From: an uncultured Poribacteria bacterium
GTDB taxonomy: Bacteria; Poribacteria; WGA-4E; WGA-3G
Direction: 5' to 3'
Assembly: GCA_951813565.1 (NCBI GenBank)
Contig: OX638351.1
Coordinates: 2,624,001-2,688,000, forward strand
Length of the DNA stretch: 64,000 nucleotides
The translations under genes were made by a program, and so were the position numbers. Below the pieces are notes generated by a model. The model saw only the letters and a program-made list of their open reading frames with translations. It was not told the DNA's origin and did no database searches. Positions 32,174 to 42,479 of this stretch are shown here, piece by piece. Every line of letters begins with the position of its first letter. Positions within the stretch are counted from its first letter, which is position 1.

Positions 32174-32899
32174 ATGTCAAATACAAACCATAAATTAAGT
32201 CAAGAAGAGACGGATCAATTTCGGAAACAGGGATACCTCGGACCCTATACGCTCTGTAGTTCAGAAGATATGCTCAACATGCAGCCGGAAATTGAACATA
32301 TACTCGAAACTGATGCACCTGACCACAAAAATAGGGTGCATAACCGCCATCTCGATTTTCCGATAATTCATGACCTCTCAACACATCCAACCATCGTTGA
32401 ACGGATGGCATCGCTATACGGACCGGATCTACTGCTCTGGCGCACTAACTTCTTCGTCAAAGAACCCGGTGCAAAAGAGATTCCGTGGCATCAAGATTTC
32501 AACTATTGGCCCCTTGAACCGCCAATCATCATATCAGCGTGGATTGCTATTGATTCGGCAACGCTCGAAAATAGTTGTCTCCAAATTGTGCCGGGATCGC
32601 ATCGCAAAGTCATCCCGCATGTAAAAGCCACTTCCGAGATGGCATTCAATCAGATGGGCGATCTTGATTTTATTGACACGTCCAATTTCGTCAATCTGGA
32701 GATGCAACCCGGTGAATTTGTGCTATTTAATGAACGCACACTACATCATTCAGAGGCAAACCGTTCAGACAAAAGACGTATCGGATTGGCTATTCGCGTC
32801 ATTGTTCCGATTGTCAAAGTCTTTGATTGGGATTCGCCACAACACGAATTGATTGTAATTCACGGCAAAGACCCTGTCCAATTCAATAAAAGGAGTTAA
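32174..32899 (+). CDS. PhyH-family dioxygenase
   Basis: PWHQD, WIAID, PGSH and LHHSEANRS..RR motifs. Confidence 0.9.
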   Translation: MSNTNHKLSQEETDQFRKQGYLGPYTLCSSEDMLNMQPEIEHILETDAPDHKNRVHNRHLDFPIIHDLSTHPTIVERMASLYGPDLLLWRTNFFVKEPGAKEIPWHQDFNYWPLEPPIIISAWIAIDSATLENSCLQIVPGSHRKVIPHVKATSEMAFNQMGDLDFIDTSNFVNLEMQPGEFVLFNERTLHHSEANRSDKRRIGLAIRVIVPIVKVFDWDSPQHELIVIHGKDPVQFNKRS

Positions 32900-32900
32900 T

Positions 32901-33902
32901 ATGAATCGTCAAATAACCTTAGTCGCCCGACCTGTCGGATACCCCAAAGAATCGGATTTCAAACTGGTTGAAACCCCAATCCCTATACCAGAAGATGGAC
33001 AAGTGCTACTAAAAACCATCTACTTATCAGTTGATCCTTATATGCGAGGGAGAATGAATCAAAGGCGTTCTTACGCACCCAACGTCCAATTCAATGAAGT
33101 TATGGTAGGTGGTGTAATCGCACAGGTTATTGAATCAAAATATACCGATTTTCAGGTCGGGGATATAGTCAACGCGAGTATCGGATGGCAGGAATACGGT
33201 ATTGCTCAAGGCGAAGGATTGCGGAAAATTGATCCGTCAATCGCCCCAATATCAACGGGTGCGGGTATCCTCGGTATGCCGGGATTGACCGCATACTTCG
33301 GTTTACTTGAGGTTGGCAAACTTCAAGATAATGAGACAGTGTTCGTCTCTGGTGCTGCAGGCGCGGTCGGTTCAGTTGTCGGGCAGATTGCAAAAATCAA
33401 AGGATGTCGGGTTGTTGGGTCCGCAGGCTCAGACGAAAAGATTACTTATATTGTTGACAAACTCGGTTTTGATGCAGCATTCAACTACAAGAACGTCACA
33501 GATTATCCTGCGAAGTTGGCAGAACTTTGCCCCGATGGCATTGATGTGTATTTTGATAACGTTGGTGGGCGGATTACGGATGCTGTCTTTCCCAATTTAA
33601 GAGTTAAGGGGCGCGTTGTGATATGCGGACAGATTTCACAATACAACTTGGAAAATCCTGAGACGGGCCCACGCTTTCTCTGGCATCTGATTACACAACG
33701 TGCGAGAATTGAAGGTTTTCTTGTATTTGATTATGCCGACAGACATGCGGAGGCGCTCGTTCAAATGGCAGAATGGCTCAAACAAGGCAAACTAAAATAC
33801 CGAGAGACAATTGCTGCAGGCGGTATAGAAAACGCACCTGCAGCGTTTATTAGCATGCTCAAAGGGGGCAATATTGGAAAACAACTGGTCAAAATTGCTT
33901 AG
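32901..33902 (+). CDS. NADP-dependent oxidoreductase (CurA/prostaglandin reductase-like)
   Basis: LSVDPYMRGRM, GMPGLTAYFGL, SGAAGAVGS and YFDNVGG motifs. Confidence 0.92.
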   Translation: MNRQITLVARPVGYPKESDFKLVETPIPIPEDGQVLLKTIYLSVDPYMRGRMNQRRSYAPNVQFNEVMVGGVIAQVIESKYTDFQVGDIVNASIGWQEYGIAQGEGLRKIDPSIAPISTGAGILGMPGLTAYFGLLEVGKLQDNETVFVSGAAGAVGSVVGQIAKIKGCRVVGSAGSDEKITYIVDKLGFDAAFNYKNVTDYPAKLAELCPDGIDVYFDNVGGRITDAVFPNLRVKGRVVICGQISQYNLENPETGPRFLWHLITQRARIEGFLVFDYADRHAEALVQMAEWLKQGKLKYRETIAAGGIENAPAAFISMLKGGNIGKQLVKIA

Positions 33903-34034
33903 ATTAAGCAGCTTACCACTTCTTTGATTGCATCGCTTTCTGTAGAACTTTCCAAAACTTGTATAGTTAGGTGTTCAGAATTTGAATAGTCTGATACTGT
34001 TACTGCTTGAAATCAAGAGACTTACGCTTTATAC

Positions 34035-34936
34035 TCAGGACTTACGCATTTTTATAAAATGGTGTATACTATTCTATTATGATTACATTTTCCCACTCTC
34101 AAAAGAAGGAAAACCTATTTTCCGATTATTGTCAGTTTTTGATAGCAAGTGTCACGAATTGGACACAAACCTACTTTGCTGCTCGGACAGAAAAATGGAG
34201 CCACGATCAACTCAATCGTTTCTTGAGAAATGAAAACATTTCTTCAAGCGAACTCTGGCAATCCGTAAAGGATGACATTGAGTATGATGATGAAGGATAC
34301 ATAGTTTTTGATGATTTTGTGCTTCCTAAACTCCATGCCAAAGAGATTGAAGCCCTTCGTTCTCAATGGAGTGGTAGCGACAAAAAAGTCGTTGTAGGCA
34401 TCGGTATTGTCACGTGTCTTTATGTCAATCCAAAGACGTAAGAATATTGGATCATTGATTATCGTATTTTTGACAAAGATCATGATGGTAAAACCAAAAT
34501 AGACCATTTACTGGATATGTTGCATAATGCTGTCTTGAAAAAACAACTCCCGTTTCGGACCGTGTTGATGGATGCTTGGTATGTTTGTATGCAAGTGATG
34601 AAAGCGATTGAGAAACTTTCCAAGGTTTACTATGCGCCTCTGAAACGAAACCGACTTGTGAATGATACGGATGGTGTTGAACCACACCAGCATGTAGAAG
34701 ATTTATCTTGGACACAGACAGAAAAGCAACAGGGGAAACGGGTTCACATCAAAAACTTTCCGAAAGGGCATCAAGTGAAGTTGTTCCGGATTGTATCTGA
34801 AAACGGACGCACGGAATATATTGTGACAAACGATTTATCTCAATCGGATGCGACTGCGACCAAAAACGAGTGTCGGGTTCGCTGGAAGATTGAGCAACTT
34901 CACCGTGAAATCAAACAGGTTACAGGTATTGATAAA
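34035..34936 (+). pseudogene. IS701-family transposase, 5' part with left TIR
   Basis: TIR tcaggacttacgca; ORF from 34079 with in-frame TAA at 34439-34441; VFDD, MDAWY and RWKIEQLHREIKQ motifs; truncated by IS1595. Confidence 0.85.
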
Positions 34937-36344
34937 CGCAATAAGTAGTTTTGGACTTTCAAAAAGCCCTTAAGCGTTATGGAAATTTATACTTAATAGG
35001 GTATGAGAATTCGGAAAAGCACTAAACGGCGAAGACTAATTTCTAACTCTAATCTGCGAGAACTTCTGCCCCTCCACCTCACATCGGTATAAAAGTTGAG
35101 CGCGCTTGATAGATACTTTGCAACGGCAGACAATTCTTCTAATCGTTTTGCCGTTGTGATATGAGTGTGGTCCAGCTTGTCAAGACCTTATTCTCTAAGT
35201 TCTTCTGCCATCGTTGAGTGAGTCTTCATCTCATACTCTCATTGACAAACTTATCAAAAATGCTCTCAATGTTCCTATAGTTGTATTTATAGCACGCCTC
35301 TGCGACATATAGGGGCGTGTATTCAGTCCAATAGTGGTGATGACTTCCATACCAAGCACGTTTGAGAAGTGACCAGAAGCCTTCAATCGTATTGGTATGG
35401 ACATCACCGTCAACAAATTGTTCTTGATGATCAATGATATGGTGCTTCATCTCTTTACCGAGTGTGAGATAAGCCTTATACTCATCAGTCATCAACTGCG
35501 ATTTATCTACTTTAACAACTTCGCGAATAAAATTTAAGATAGTCCGTCCCGTCAAATCTTTTGCGAGTCTTGCCACAACTTTCCCACCGCGTTCAATCGC
35601 TCCGATGATAGCATCTTTATCAGTGCCACGCCCACGCTTAGCAGGATCCCTGTCCTCTTTTTTGTTCGCTTTGCGAGGTTTACCCCCGACATAAGTTTCG
35701 TCAGCCTCTATGATACCTTGTAAGAGGATATTATCTTTAGCCATTTCAGCACGGATGCATGTTCCCATACGCCACGCAGTCTTTTGATTCAAGTCCAAAT
35801 CTCTTGCCAACTGATGACTTGAAAGACTCTTTTTAGCATTCGTCATCAACGAGATAGCCAAAAACCACTTCTGAAGTGCTATCTTTGTCCCGTGAAACAC
35901 CGTGCCACAAGTAACCTTGAAAGTAGCAGTGCAATCGTGGCATTGCCAGCGCCCGATGCGTCCCAATTCCGTTTCTGTTCGTCTTGCAACGTTTGGGCAA
36001 TCACAATGTGGACACTTCGGTTTACCCTTCCACCGAATACTCTCTAAATGTTCAATACAACTCTCTTGATCAGGGAATCGTTCCATCACTTTCAACAAAT
36101 CCATCAGAAAACTCCTTTTTAGGAGTTGCTTTTTCTGACAGGTTTCTGATACAATAATTAGATAAGACAGAATGCCAGAAAAGCAACTCGCTTTTTTGTG
36201 TTCAATTAGGGGGTTAGCAGCCCTCTAATTTCTTATCTAAATTGTATCATATTTTCACAATTAAAACAAGCGAAAAATGTAGTCTACACAAGGATTTAGA
36301 GCGATTTTTAAAATTTTGTTGAAAGTCCAAAACTACTTATTGCG
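34937..36344 (-). mobile_element. IS1595-family insertion sequence, copy 2
   Basis: Same TIRs, length (1408 bp) and transposase as copy 1; flanks ttgataaa and aaaaactt do not match (no TSD). Confidence 0.95.
35226..36104 (-). CDS. IS1595-family transposase
   Basis: Protein identical to 15858-16736. Confidence 0.95.
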   Translation of the reverse strand: MDLLKVMERFPDQESCIEHLESIRWKGKPKCPHCDCPNVARRTETELGRIGRWQCHDCTATFKVTCGTVFHGTKIALQKWFLAISLMTNAKKSLSSHQLARDLDLNQKTAWRMGTCIRAEMAKDNILLQGIIEADETYVGGKPRKANKKEDRDPAKRGRGTDKDAIIGAIERGGKVVARLAKDLTGRTILNFIREVVKVDKSQLMTDEYKAYLTLGKEMKHHIIDHQEQFVDGDVHTNTIEGFWSLLKRAWYGSHHHYWTEYTPLYVAEACYKYNYRNIESIFDKFVNESMR

Positions 36345-36397
36345 AAAAACTTTACACTCCCTACTCTTTTGCCAAACAATTTAAGGAGGTATCCAGC

Positions 36398-37147
36398 ATG
36401 TTCCATAAAAACATTAGAAAAATTCACTTGCTCTATGGGGGCGTGATTTGTATCCTATTGGTACCTTTAGTAATATTTTTCATCTCTTCTTGGAATTCCA
36501 TCCCACAGGAACCTATAAAAATCTACAAAGCCCCTGTGCTCAAGAAGCAAACGCCTGAAAAAGTAGAAAAAACACCCACACCTGAAGAACCATCGCGGGA
36601 CGAATCTGAAACGTGGGATAGTGAAGAACCAGAGATTACCGAAACAGAAACATCAGAGGAAGACTCCCAAGATGAGTTTTCAGAAACACTTCTTCCACAA
36701 ACAAAAACATCAGAGGAAGATCCAAAGGTAATCTTCCTCAAAGAGGTGTTTCCTAAACTCGACCATCACCTAAGCGAAGGAAAAAAACTAATGGAGGAAA
36801 TAGCGAAAGAAGGATGGAACGGCGGAAATTATGAAGTGTTTACAGCAAGAGGAGAAGCTCTAAACGCTGAATTCCAAAAGTACTGCAGGCAGATTGCTGA
36901 TGAATTTCCAGATGCTGTAACTTTTATTACTTTTGAGGGACAGCAATGGGCCTATGACGTTGATTTTCAGATATTACAAGACTCGCTTGAAGCTGTACCT
37001 TCTGAATTATCCGAATATTTTCGCCATACACGTTTGCGGGAATGGTTCGGACTCCCTGACGTTACACCCGAGCAATTGCAACAATTGCAACAAAGGCAAC
37101 AAAGGCAACAAAGGCAACAAAGGCAACAAAGGCAACAAAGGCAATGA
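36398..37147 (+). CDS. Hypothetical membrane-anchored protein with acidic linker and QQR tail
   Basis: AAGGAGG RBS, N-terminal TM helix, E/S/T/P-rich segment. Confidence 0.75.
   Translation: MFHKNIRKIHLLYGGVICILLVPLVIFFISSWNSIPQEPIKIYKAPVLKKQTPEKVEKTPTPEEPSRDESETWDSEEPEITETETSEEDSQDEFSETLLPQTKTSEEDPKVIFLKEVFPKLDHHLSEGKKLMEEIAKEGWNGGNYEVFTARGEALNAEFQKYCRQIADEFPDAVTFITFEGQQWAYDVDFQILQDSLEAVPSELSEYFRHTRLREWFGLPDVTPEQLQQLQQRQQRQQRQQRQQRQQRQ
37087..37140 (+). repeat. 9-bp tandem repeat (gcaacaaag)x6
   Basis: Read directly; encodes the QQR repeats. Confidence 0.9.
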
Positions 37148-38904
37148 AAGGAATCAACAAGTTAAAACAGCGTTCACTCTTTCTTTTTCTGATACTTGTT
37201 GGGCTTGCTGCCCTGAGTCTTCTGCCACGTGCGATTTCGCTCGGCCAACATTGGTCATCTGATGAAACCCTTTGGCTGAACCGTTCCCGTTTCTTCATTT
37301 TTTCTCTGCAGCATGGTGATTTTCAAGGGACACTACAGTCTTATCACCCCGGTGTAACTACGATGTGGATTACGGGCCTCCGTACTTTTTTTGTGGACGT
37401 TGGTGCTGATCTGCCTAACCTGATATTCGCTCGTTTTTTTATCAGTGTATCGGTGTGTATCGGCATAGGTATCTGCGGTCTTTTGTTATTCCGTTTGTTT
37501 GGGCGATGGGAAGCAATAACAAGTGTAGTTTTTTTGGCTTTTTCGCCATTCTTTTTGGCGCAAACGCGACGGGTCCACACGGATGCTTTAATGGTCATTT
37601 TTACATTACTAACCGTTCTATTATTCCTACTATATTGTAAAAATTGGCAAAGTTCCTGGTACCTTGTCCTGTCGGGTGTTACTTTTGGATTAGCCATTCT
37701 TTCTAAAAGCCATTCATTGATTCTGGTCGTATGGGCTCCGGTATGTCTATTTCTATTTTGGAAATATCGGGGAGAAATATCGGGGCATGCTTCGATATTT
37801 CTCGCCACGCTACTCTGCTTTCTGAGTTGTGGGATGCTTACCGTTATCGCTTTGTGGCCCGCCCTTTGGAATCCTACTTCTGGATTATTGGGGCTGTCGC
37901 TTTTAGGCACTATTGTTATTTCGTTAGATGTCATGAAAAAACAGGACGAACAGAAACAGAAGGGACACAGCCGAATCAAAACATCTATTCTACTACTTCT
38001 AACCGCAAGCATTGTGTTAGCTTTTGTTTCTCCCCATGTTATGCGTGCTGTGGGGTTGATCTGGGATAAAATCAGCTGGGCAGTCACGACACCGCATGAA
38101 GTAGAACACTTCTTTTTAGGCAAAGTTGTCAATGATCCCGGCTGACTTTTCTACCCCTTCGTGTTGACCATCAAGAGCACACCTTTGATGTTACCCTTCG
38201 CACTTGTCGGATGCTTACTGCTGTGGAAACATCGGAAACGTTCTGAGGAGACTAACCGACGGTTCCAGATAGCACTGTCTCTCGTTGCCGGAGTTATCCT
38301 ATTCATGATATGTCTCTCGGCAACAAGCAAAAAGTTCAGCCGGTATCTGTTACCCGTATTTCCAATGTTAGAAATATTGGCTGCTATCGGGTTTGTAGAA
38401 GGGATTAAATGGGTTTATACTATACTAAGCACTCACTTTGGAACAGAGCGAACTATCCCATATCCAAAAACTTTGGCTATCATCGCATGCATTGGACTGT
38501 TTTTCGTTCAAGTGTTTCCTGTTCTCGCTCTGCACCCGTATTATGGCACGTACTATAATCTCTGTTGGAAGGTGACGGACATAACGAAGATAATCACCGT
38601 CGGCGATGCCTCCGGATTAGATCTCGCCGCGGAATATTTGAACAAGAAACCGGATGCGGATCGCTTGGTGATTCAAGTATCCCCACTCGCCACTGAAATT
38701 GTAAAACATTATTTCCAGGGTGATGCTTACCGTGCAGGCAGAGGGCGTGGACATACTCCGGATTATGAAGTTGTTTATATCCGAGATTCACAAATAGGGC
38801 GTGTGCCGCAAACTGGCACACTAAAAGGTGAACTGGAACACCAAATATCTATTAACGGTATTGACCATGTCTGGATTTACCGAGTAAAACCCAAGGAGAA
38901 ATAG
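37144..38904 (+). pseudogene. ArnT/PMT-like membrane glycosyltransferase (GT-C), interrupted by in-frame TGA
   Basis: SSDE..W, HPGV and RVHTD motifs, many TM helices; NDPG*LFYP at 38143-38145; the 38161 ORF is in the same frame. Confidence 0.8.
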
Positions 38905-39265
38905 ATGAAAGTTTGTCTACTGACGCATGGTTACCCTCTTTTTACCGCTAACACCACAGCCCCGTTTATTGAATCCATCGCGGAGACACTGCAGGAACAA
39001 AGAGTAAACGTCACTGTCGCTTATGCCAGACACCCCTCTGTTAGCGCGCACTCCGGAGGATCATAGCGTAAATCTACAAACGTATCGTTACTTTTTTCCA
39101 AGGCGTTGGCAGCAATTAGGATACTCAAACACACTTGTAAACGATTGCAAGATAAAAAATATGTATATCTGCTCGCACCTTTCATGTTCTTATCTGGTAT
39201 TTTCCATCTGATACAGTTACACCGCAAGTACCAATTTGACTGATATTTCTCACAATGGCTTATAT
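38905..39265 (+). pseudogene. GT4-family glycosyltransferase N-terminal remnant
   Basis: MKVCLLTHGYP…APFIESIAETL…VTV then frameshifts; sequence ends shortly before IS3. Confidence 0.7.
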
Positions 39266-39319
39266 GTCAACATAAACAAGTGAAGTGCTACCGTTTATTC
39301 AGACCAAAATTTAGCAAAG

Positions 39320-40159
39320 TTAAGACAAGTTTTTTTGCTCAAATTCCACAGGTGTCAAATACCCTAACGCTGAATGAGGGCGTTTGTGATTATACACTTG
39401 CGTAATAAAATGCCCAATGCGGGCTCTCGCTTCGTGGATGTTCTCATAGGCGTTGAGATGAACTTCTTCTTCCTTGAGCGTGCGGATAAGTCTTTCAGCA
39501 TATCCGTTCTCCCAAGGACACCCTCTTCGGGCGACTGAAATCTCTATCCCATGATACCTAAGCAGTGAGATATACGCATCTGAAAGATACTGAACGCCTT
39601 GATCAGAATGATGGATCTCTGGAACACTTTGACATAATGCTGTCTCTAAGGGTTTCAACGCCAGAGATTGCGTCAAGTGTCGACTGATATGCCACCCCCT
39701 GATCATGCGAGTGAAGACATCCATGAGCAGACAAACATAGATGAAGTGTCCTTTGAGACGGACGTAGGTAATATCGCCTACCCAGACCTGATCACATCGG
39801 GAGACATCAAGGTTTTCAAGGCGATTACCCCAGGGACGCACACCCGCAACGGATGTCGTGGTTTGACAGACACGTTTGACAGAAACCGAGAGGTTGGCGG
39901 ATTTCATCAATCGGGCAACACGCTTATACCCGATGGTGTATCCGCCACGCACTAACAACTGTGTGATACGTCTATATCCGTATGTTGGATATAGCAAAGA
40001 TAACTTCTCTATTTCATCCCGGAGGCCCGCTTCACACGGGTCCTGCTTGGGGTGATAATAGAGATTGCTTCGGTTGAAACCGAGCGTCTCACATATCTGC
40101 CGAACCGAAAAGTCTATCCGTAATGCTTCAACCATTTCTCGCTGCTCCATCGGGGTCAA
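39320..40159 (-). CDS. IS3 OrfB (rve integrase core)
   Basis: YGYRRI, WVGDITY, HHSDQGVQY, ENGYAER and YNHKRPHSALGYLTP motifs. Confidence 0.93.
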   Translation of the reverse strand: MTPMEQREMVEALRIDFSVRQICETLGFNRSNLYYHPKQDPCEAGLRDEIEKLSLLYPTYGYRRITQLLVRGGYTIGYKRVARLMKSANLSVSVKRVCQTTTSVAGVRPWGNRLENLDVSRCDQVWVGDITYVRLKGHFIYVCLLMDVFTRMIRGWHISRHLTQSLALKPLETALCQSVPEIHHSDQGVQYLSDAYISLLRYHGIEISVARRGCPWENGYAERLIRTLKEEEVHLNAYENIHEARARIGHFITQVYNHKRPHSALGYLTPVEFEQKNLS

Positions 40160-40446
40160 CTCAAGTAAGTTGAGGCTTTTTTTTGGATGTCAAGTGCCAG
40201 GGTCAACCGCCCAACGAGTTGCTCAAGTTGGGCGATCCGATCCGCAGAGGCATCAGACTGTTTATCAGCGGGTTCAAAGAGGGTCGCCGCATTTTCAAGA
40301 AGCTGTCGCTTCCACTTTGAAAGTTGTTCATCGCTGAGGCTATGTCGCCGACACACTTCTGCTTGGGAACTTTGACCGCTCAGTGCCTCAAGAACAACTT
40401 CGGCTTTAAACTCGGGAGTGAAGTTTCTTCGTTTTCGTTTCGCCAT
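40156..40446 (-). CDS. IS3 OrfA (HTH)
   Basis: RRNFTPEFKAEVV…LSKWKRQ. Confidence 0.92.
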   Translation of the reverse strand: MAKRKRRNFTPEFKAEVVLEALSGQSSQAEVCRRHSLSDEQLSKWKRQLLENAATLFEPADKQSDASADRIAQLEQLVGRLTLALDIQKKASTYLS

Positions 40447-40560
40447 CGGATACTCCTTTCAAGTAGATGGATATTATACCATAATCTTGTCTTAGAGAGT
40501 GGCCCGAATTTCCGGTGGCAGTACAAATGTTAAGTTGGGTGTATGTAATTAGGAGGACAC

Positions 40561-42111
40561 ATGATTTGGTATAGGCTTGCTACTGTTCTACTTATTTTCT
40601 TTAGTTGTAGTAGTGAAGTGTTATTTATTTCAGCTGAAAGTAATTTTATCGATTCTATCCACAATAGAGGAATGGTATTTGCACGTCAAAAGTCAACATT
40701 CAGTTCTGAAAAACCTAAGTCAAAAAAGAATGCAATTCTTCAGGCTTCTTCACGATTCCCTAACACACGGGTTTGTACGGTCGACGGTAGTTATATTGGT
40801 ATTGATACTGATATAAAGCTGTCTACCTTTCGAACTGGGATTCAACGCTTTTATCGAAGTTTGCCAGATAGAACAGGTCTTTTCGGTTCAGGATGGAAAC
40901 TTAACTACGAGATACAGTTATACCCGTTGGATTTTGACGGTGCTCCCGCTATTGCGGTTGAGAAAGCTGATGGGCAAATTATTATTTTCCAACAGGGAAA
41001 AGCAGGTTTTATTTCTCCATGGGGAAATTTGTTCAAGCTCACTCAGAAAAACGACGGAACCTATCTACTTACAGAATTAGGAACCCGGCAGATTTTCTTT
41101 GACAAGCATGGACAGCTTTCCAAAATTATTGAAAACAAGAATGTTAAGCCGTTGGAAATGCTGTATAAGCCGACAACCAACCTCCTCACTGAAATTCGGA
41201 GTGGTTCTAAAACAATTGTCCGTTTCATGTATAACGCTAATGGCCACGTTGAGGCTGTAGAGGATTTCACTGGACGACGCTATTCATATCATTATGATGC
41301 GGCAAAACGTCTTATTAGAGTTATCGATCCGCTCCAGCAGAGTTTGCAGTACCAATACGATGAGAATGGCTACCTGCAAGCAATTATTGATAAACGCGGG
41401 AACTTCCAAACTGAAGTCACTTACACGCCAACGGGTATAGTAAAAAGTTATACACGGAACGGAGAAAAATATCAAGTCCAATACCTTAATGAAACACAGA
41501 CGAGTTTCACCGATTCTCAAGGACATCAATGGATTTATTCCTATTTGCCATCGGGGTTGATAACACAGACGCAAGACCCTTATGGGAATACATCTTCCCT
41601 GGAGTTTGATGGCTTCCTGCGCCCGATTCAAGTAACAGATAAGCGAGGTGCAATCACTAAATATATGTATGATGATGTAAATCGCACCCAACGCATCATT
41701 AATCCTTTAGGAAGTGTGACGACTCATTTCCATAAAGAGGGAGAATGGGTTATCAAGGCACCTACTGGGAAAATAATGACATTTCACTTCAACGAAAACG
41801 GAGATCTGGTTGAGGAAACGGTAGGGACTGACGAAAAAGTATTGTCTCGAAATCATTACGTTTATGATTCTACAGGAAATTTAGTTCAGCATATCGATCC
41901 GAACGGAAACACAACGCAATTTGCCTATAATTCCGATAGGTTCCTTGTACAGAAGATTGATGGTGCAGGCAATATAACTCACTGGCGATATGACAACCTT
42001 GGTCGGATTGTCTGGGAAAAAGATCCAACAGGTAGGATTACAGAAACGTCTTATGATTTGATGGGACGTGTCATTGAAAGAAATCGCTCTATCGGCTCGG
42101 CATCGGAATAA
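40561..42111 (+). CDS. RHS/YD-repeat protein (DUF6531-like N-terminus plus YD repeats, no RHS core/toxin)
   Basis: AGGAGG RBS, hydrophobic leader, GLFGSGW, repeated Y.YD..G.L….DP.G. Confidence 0.85.
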   Translation: MIWYRLATVLLIFFSCSSEVLFISAESNFIDSIHNRGMVFARQKSTFSSEKPKSKKNAILQASSRFPNTRVCTVDGSYIGIDTDIKLSTFRTGIQRFYRSLPDRTGLFGSGWKLNYEIQLYPLDFDGAPAIAVEKADGQIIIFQQGKAGFISPWGNLFKLTQKNDGTYLLTELGTRQIFFDKHGQLSKIIENKNVKPLEMLYKPTTNLLTEIRSGSKTIVRFMYNANGHVEAVEDFTGRRYSYHYDAAKRLIRVIDPLQQSLQYQYDENGYLQAIIDKRGNFQTEVTYTPTGIVKSYTRNGEKYQVQYLNETQTSFTDSQGHQWIYSYLPSGLITQTQDPYGNTSSLEFDGFLRPIQVTDKRGAITKYMYDDVNRTQRIINPLGSVTTHFHKEGEWVIKAPTGKIMTFHFNENGDLVEETVGTDEKVLSRNHYVYDSTGNLVQHIDPNGNTTQFAYNSDRFLVQKIDGAGNITHWRYDNLGRIVWEKDPTGRITETSYDLMGRVIERNRSIGSASE

Positions 42112-42126
42112 TCGTATTTATACGTT

Positions 42127-42213
42127 TCTATGTTTACACTTCAAATCTATGTTTACACTTCAAATCTATGTTTACACTTCAAACCAATTTTATTACACTT
42201 CAAACCAATTTTA
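42127..42213 (+). repeat. Tandem repeats (tctatgtttacacttcaaa)x3 plus a variant; ttacacttcaaa core x4
   Basis: Read directly, immediately upstream of the AGGAGG RBS. Confidence 0.85.
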
Positions 42214-42224
42214 GGAGGTTTACA

Positions 42225-42479
42225 ATGTTTTCACAGTTTAAGTTACCACTTCTGCTTCTATTAGTTATAGCTTTTTCACTACCTTTTAGTGTGTTGGCAG
42301 TTGATTCAGTAAAGTTTGTCTATGATGCGAATGGGAACCTTGTGGAAAGCGAGGCGGATGCGGAAACAGCCCGTTTTGAATATGATGTGTATAACCGCAA
42401 GGTGGGCGTTATTAATGCGGCAGGTGCTAAGCAAGTAATGGAATATGATGTACGTGGCAATCTCACAGCGAACTCATAG
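42225..42479 (+). pseudogene. Second signal-peptide YD-repeat protein, truncated by IS5
   Basis: AGGAGG RBS, MFSQFKLPLLLLLVIAFSLPFSVLA, YDANGNL, YDVYNR, YDVRGNL; stops within the IS5 TIR. Confidence 0.75.

Larger units (their letters stand above)
39281..40525 (-). mobile_element. IS3-family insertion sequence
   Basis: Imperfect TG…CA TIRs (tgaagtgctaccg / cggtggcagtaca); orfA/orfB with an A8G slippery site near 40176-40184. Confidence 0.9.

Noticed and set aside
38143..38145. Selenocysteine or recoded TGA in the GT-C gene
   Set aside because: The context DPG*LFYP fits a TGG-to-TGA nonsense change. The neighbouring GT4 is also decayed, and TGA is a normal stop elsewhere in the window.
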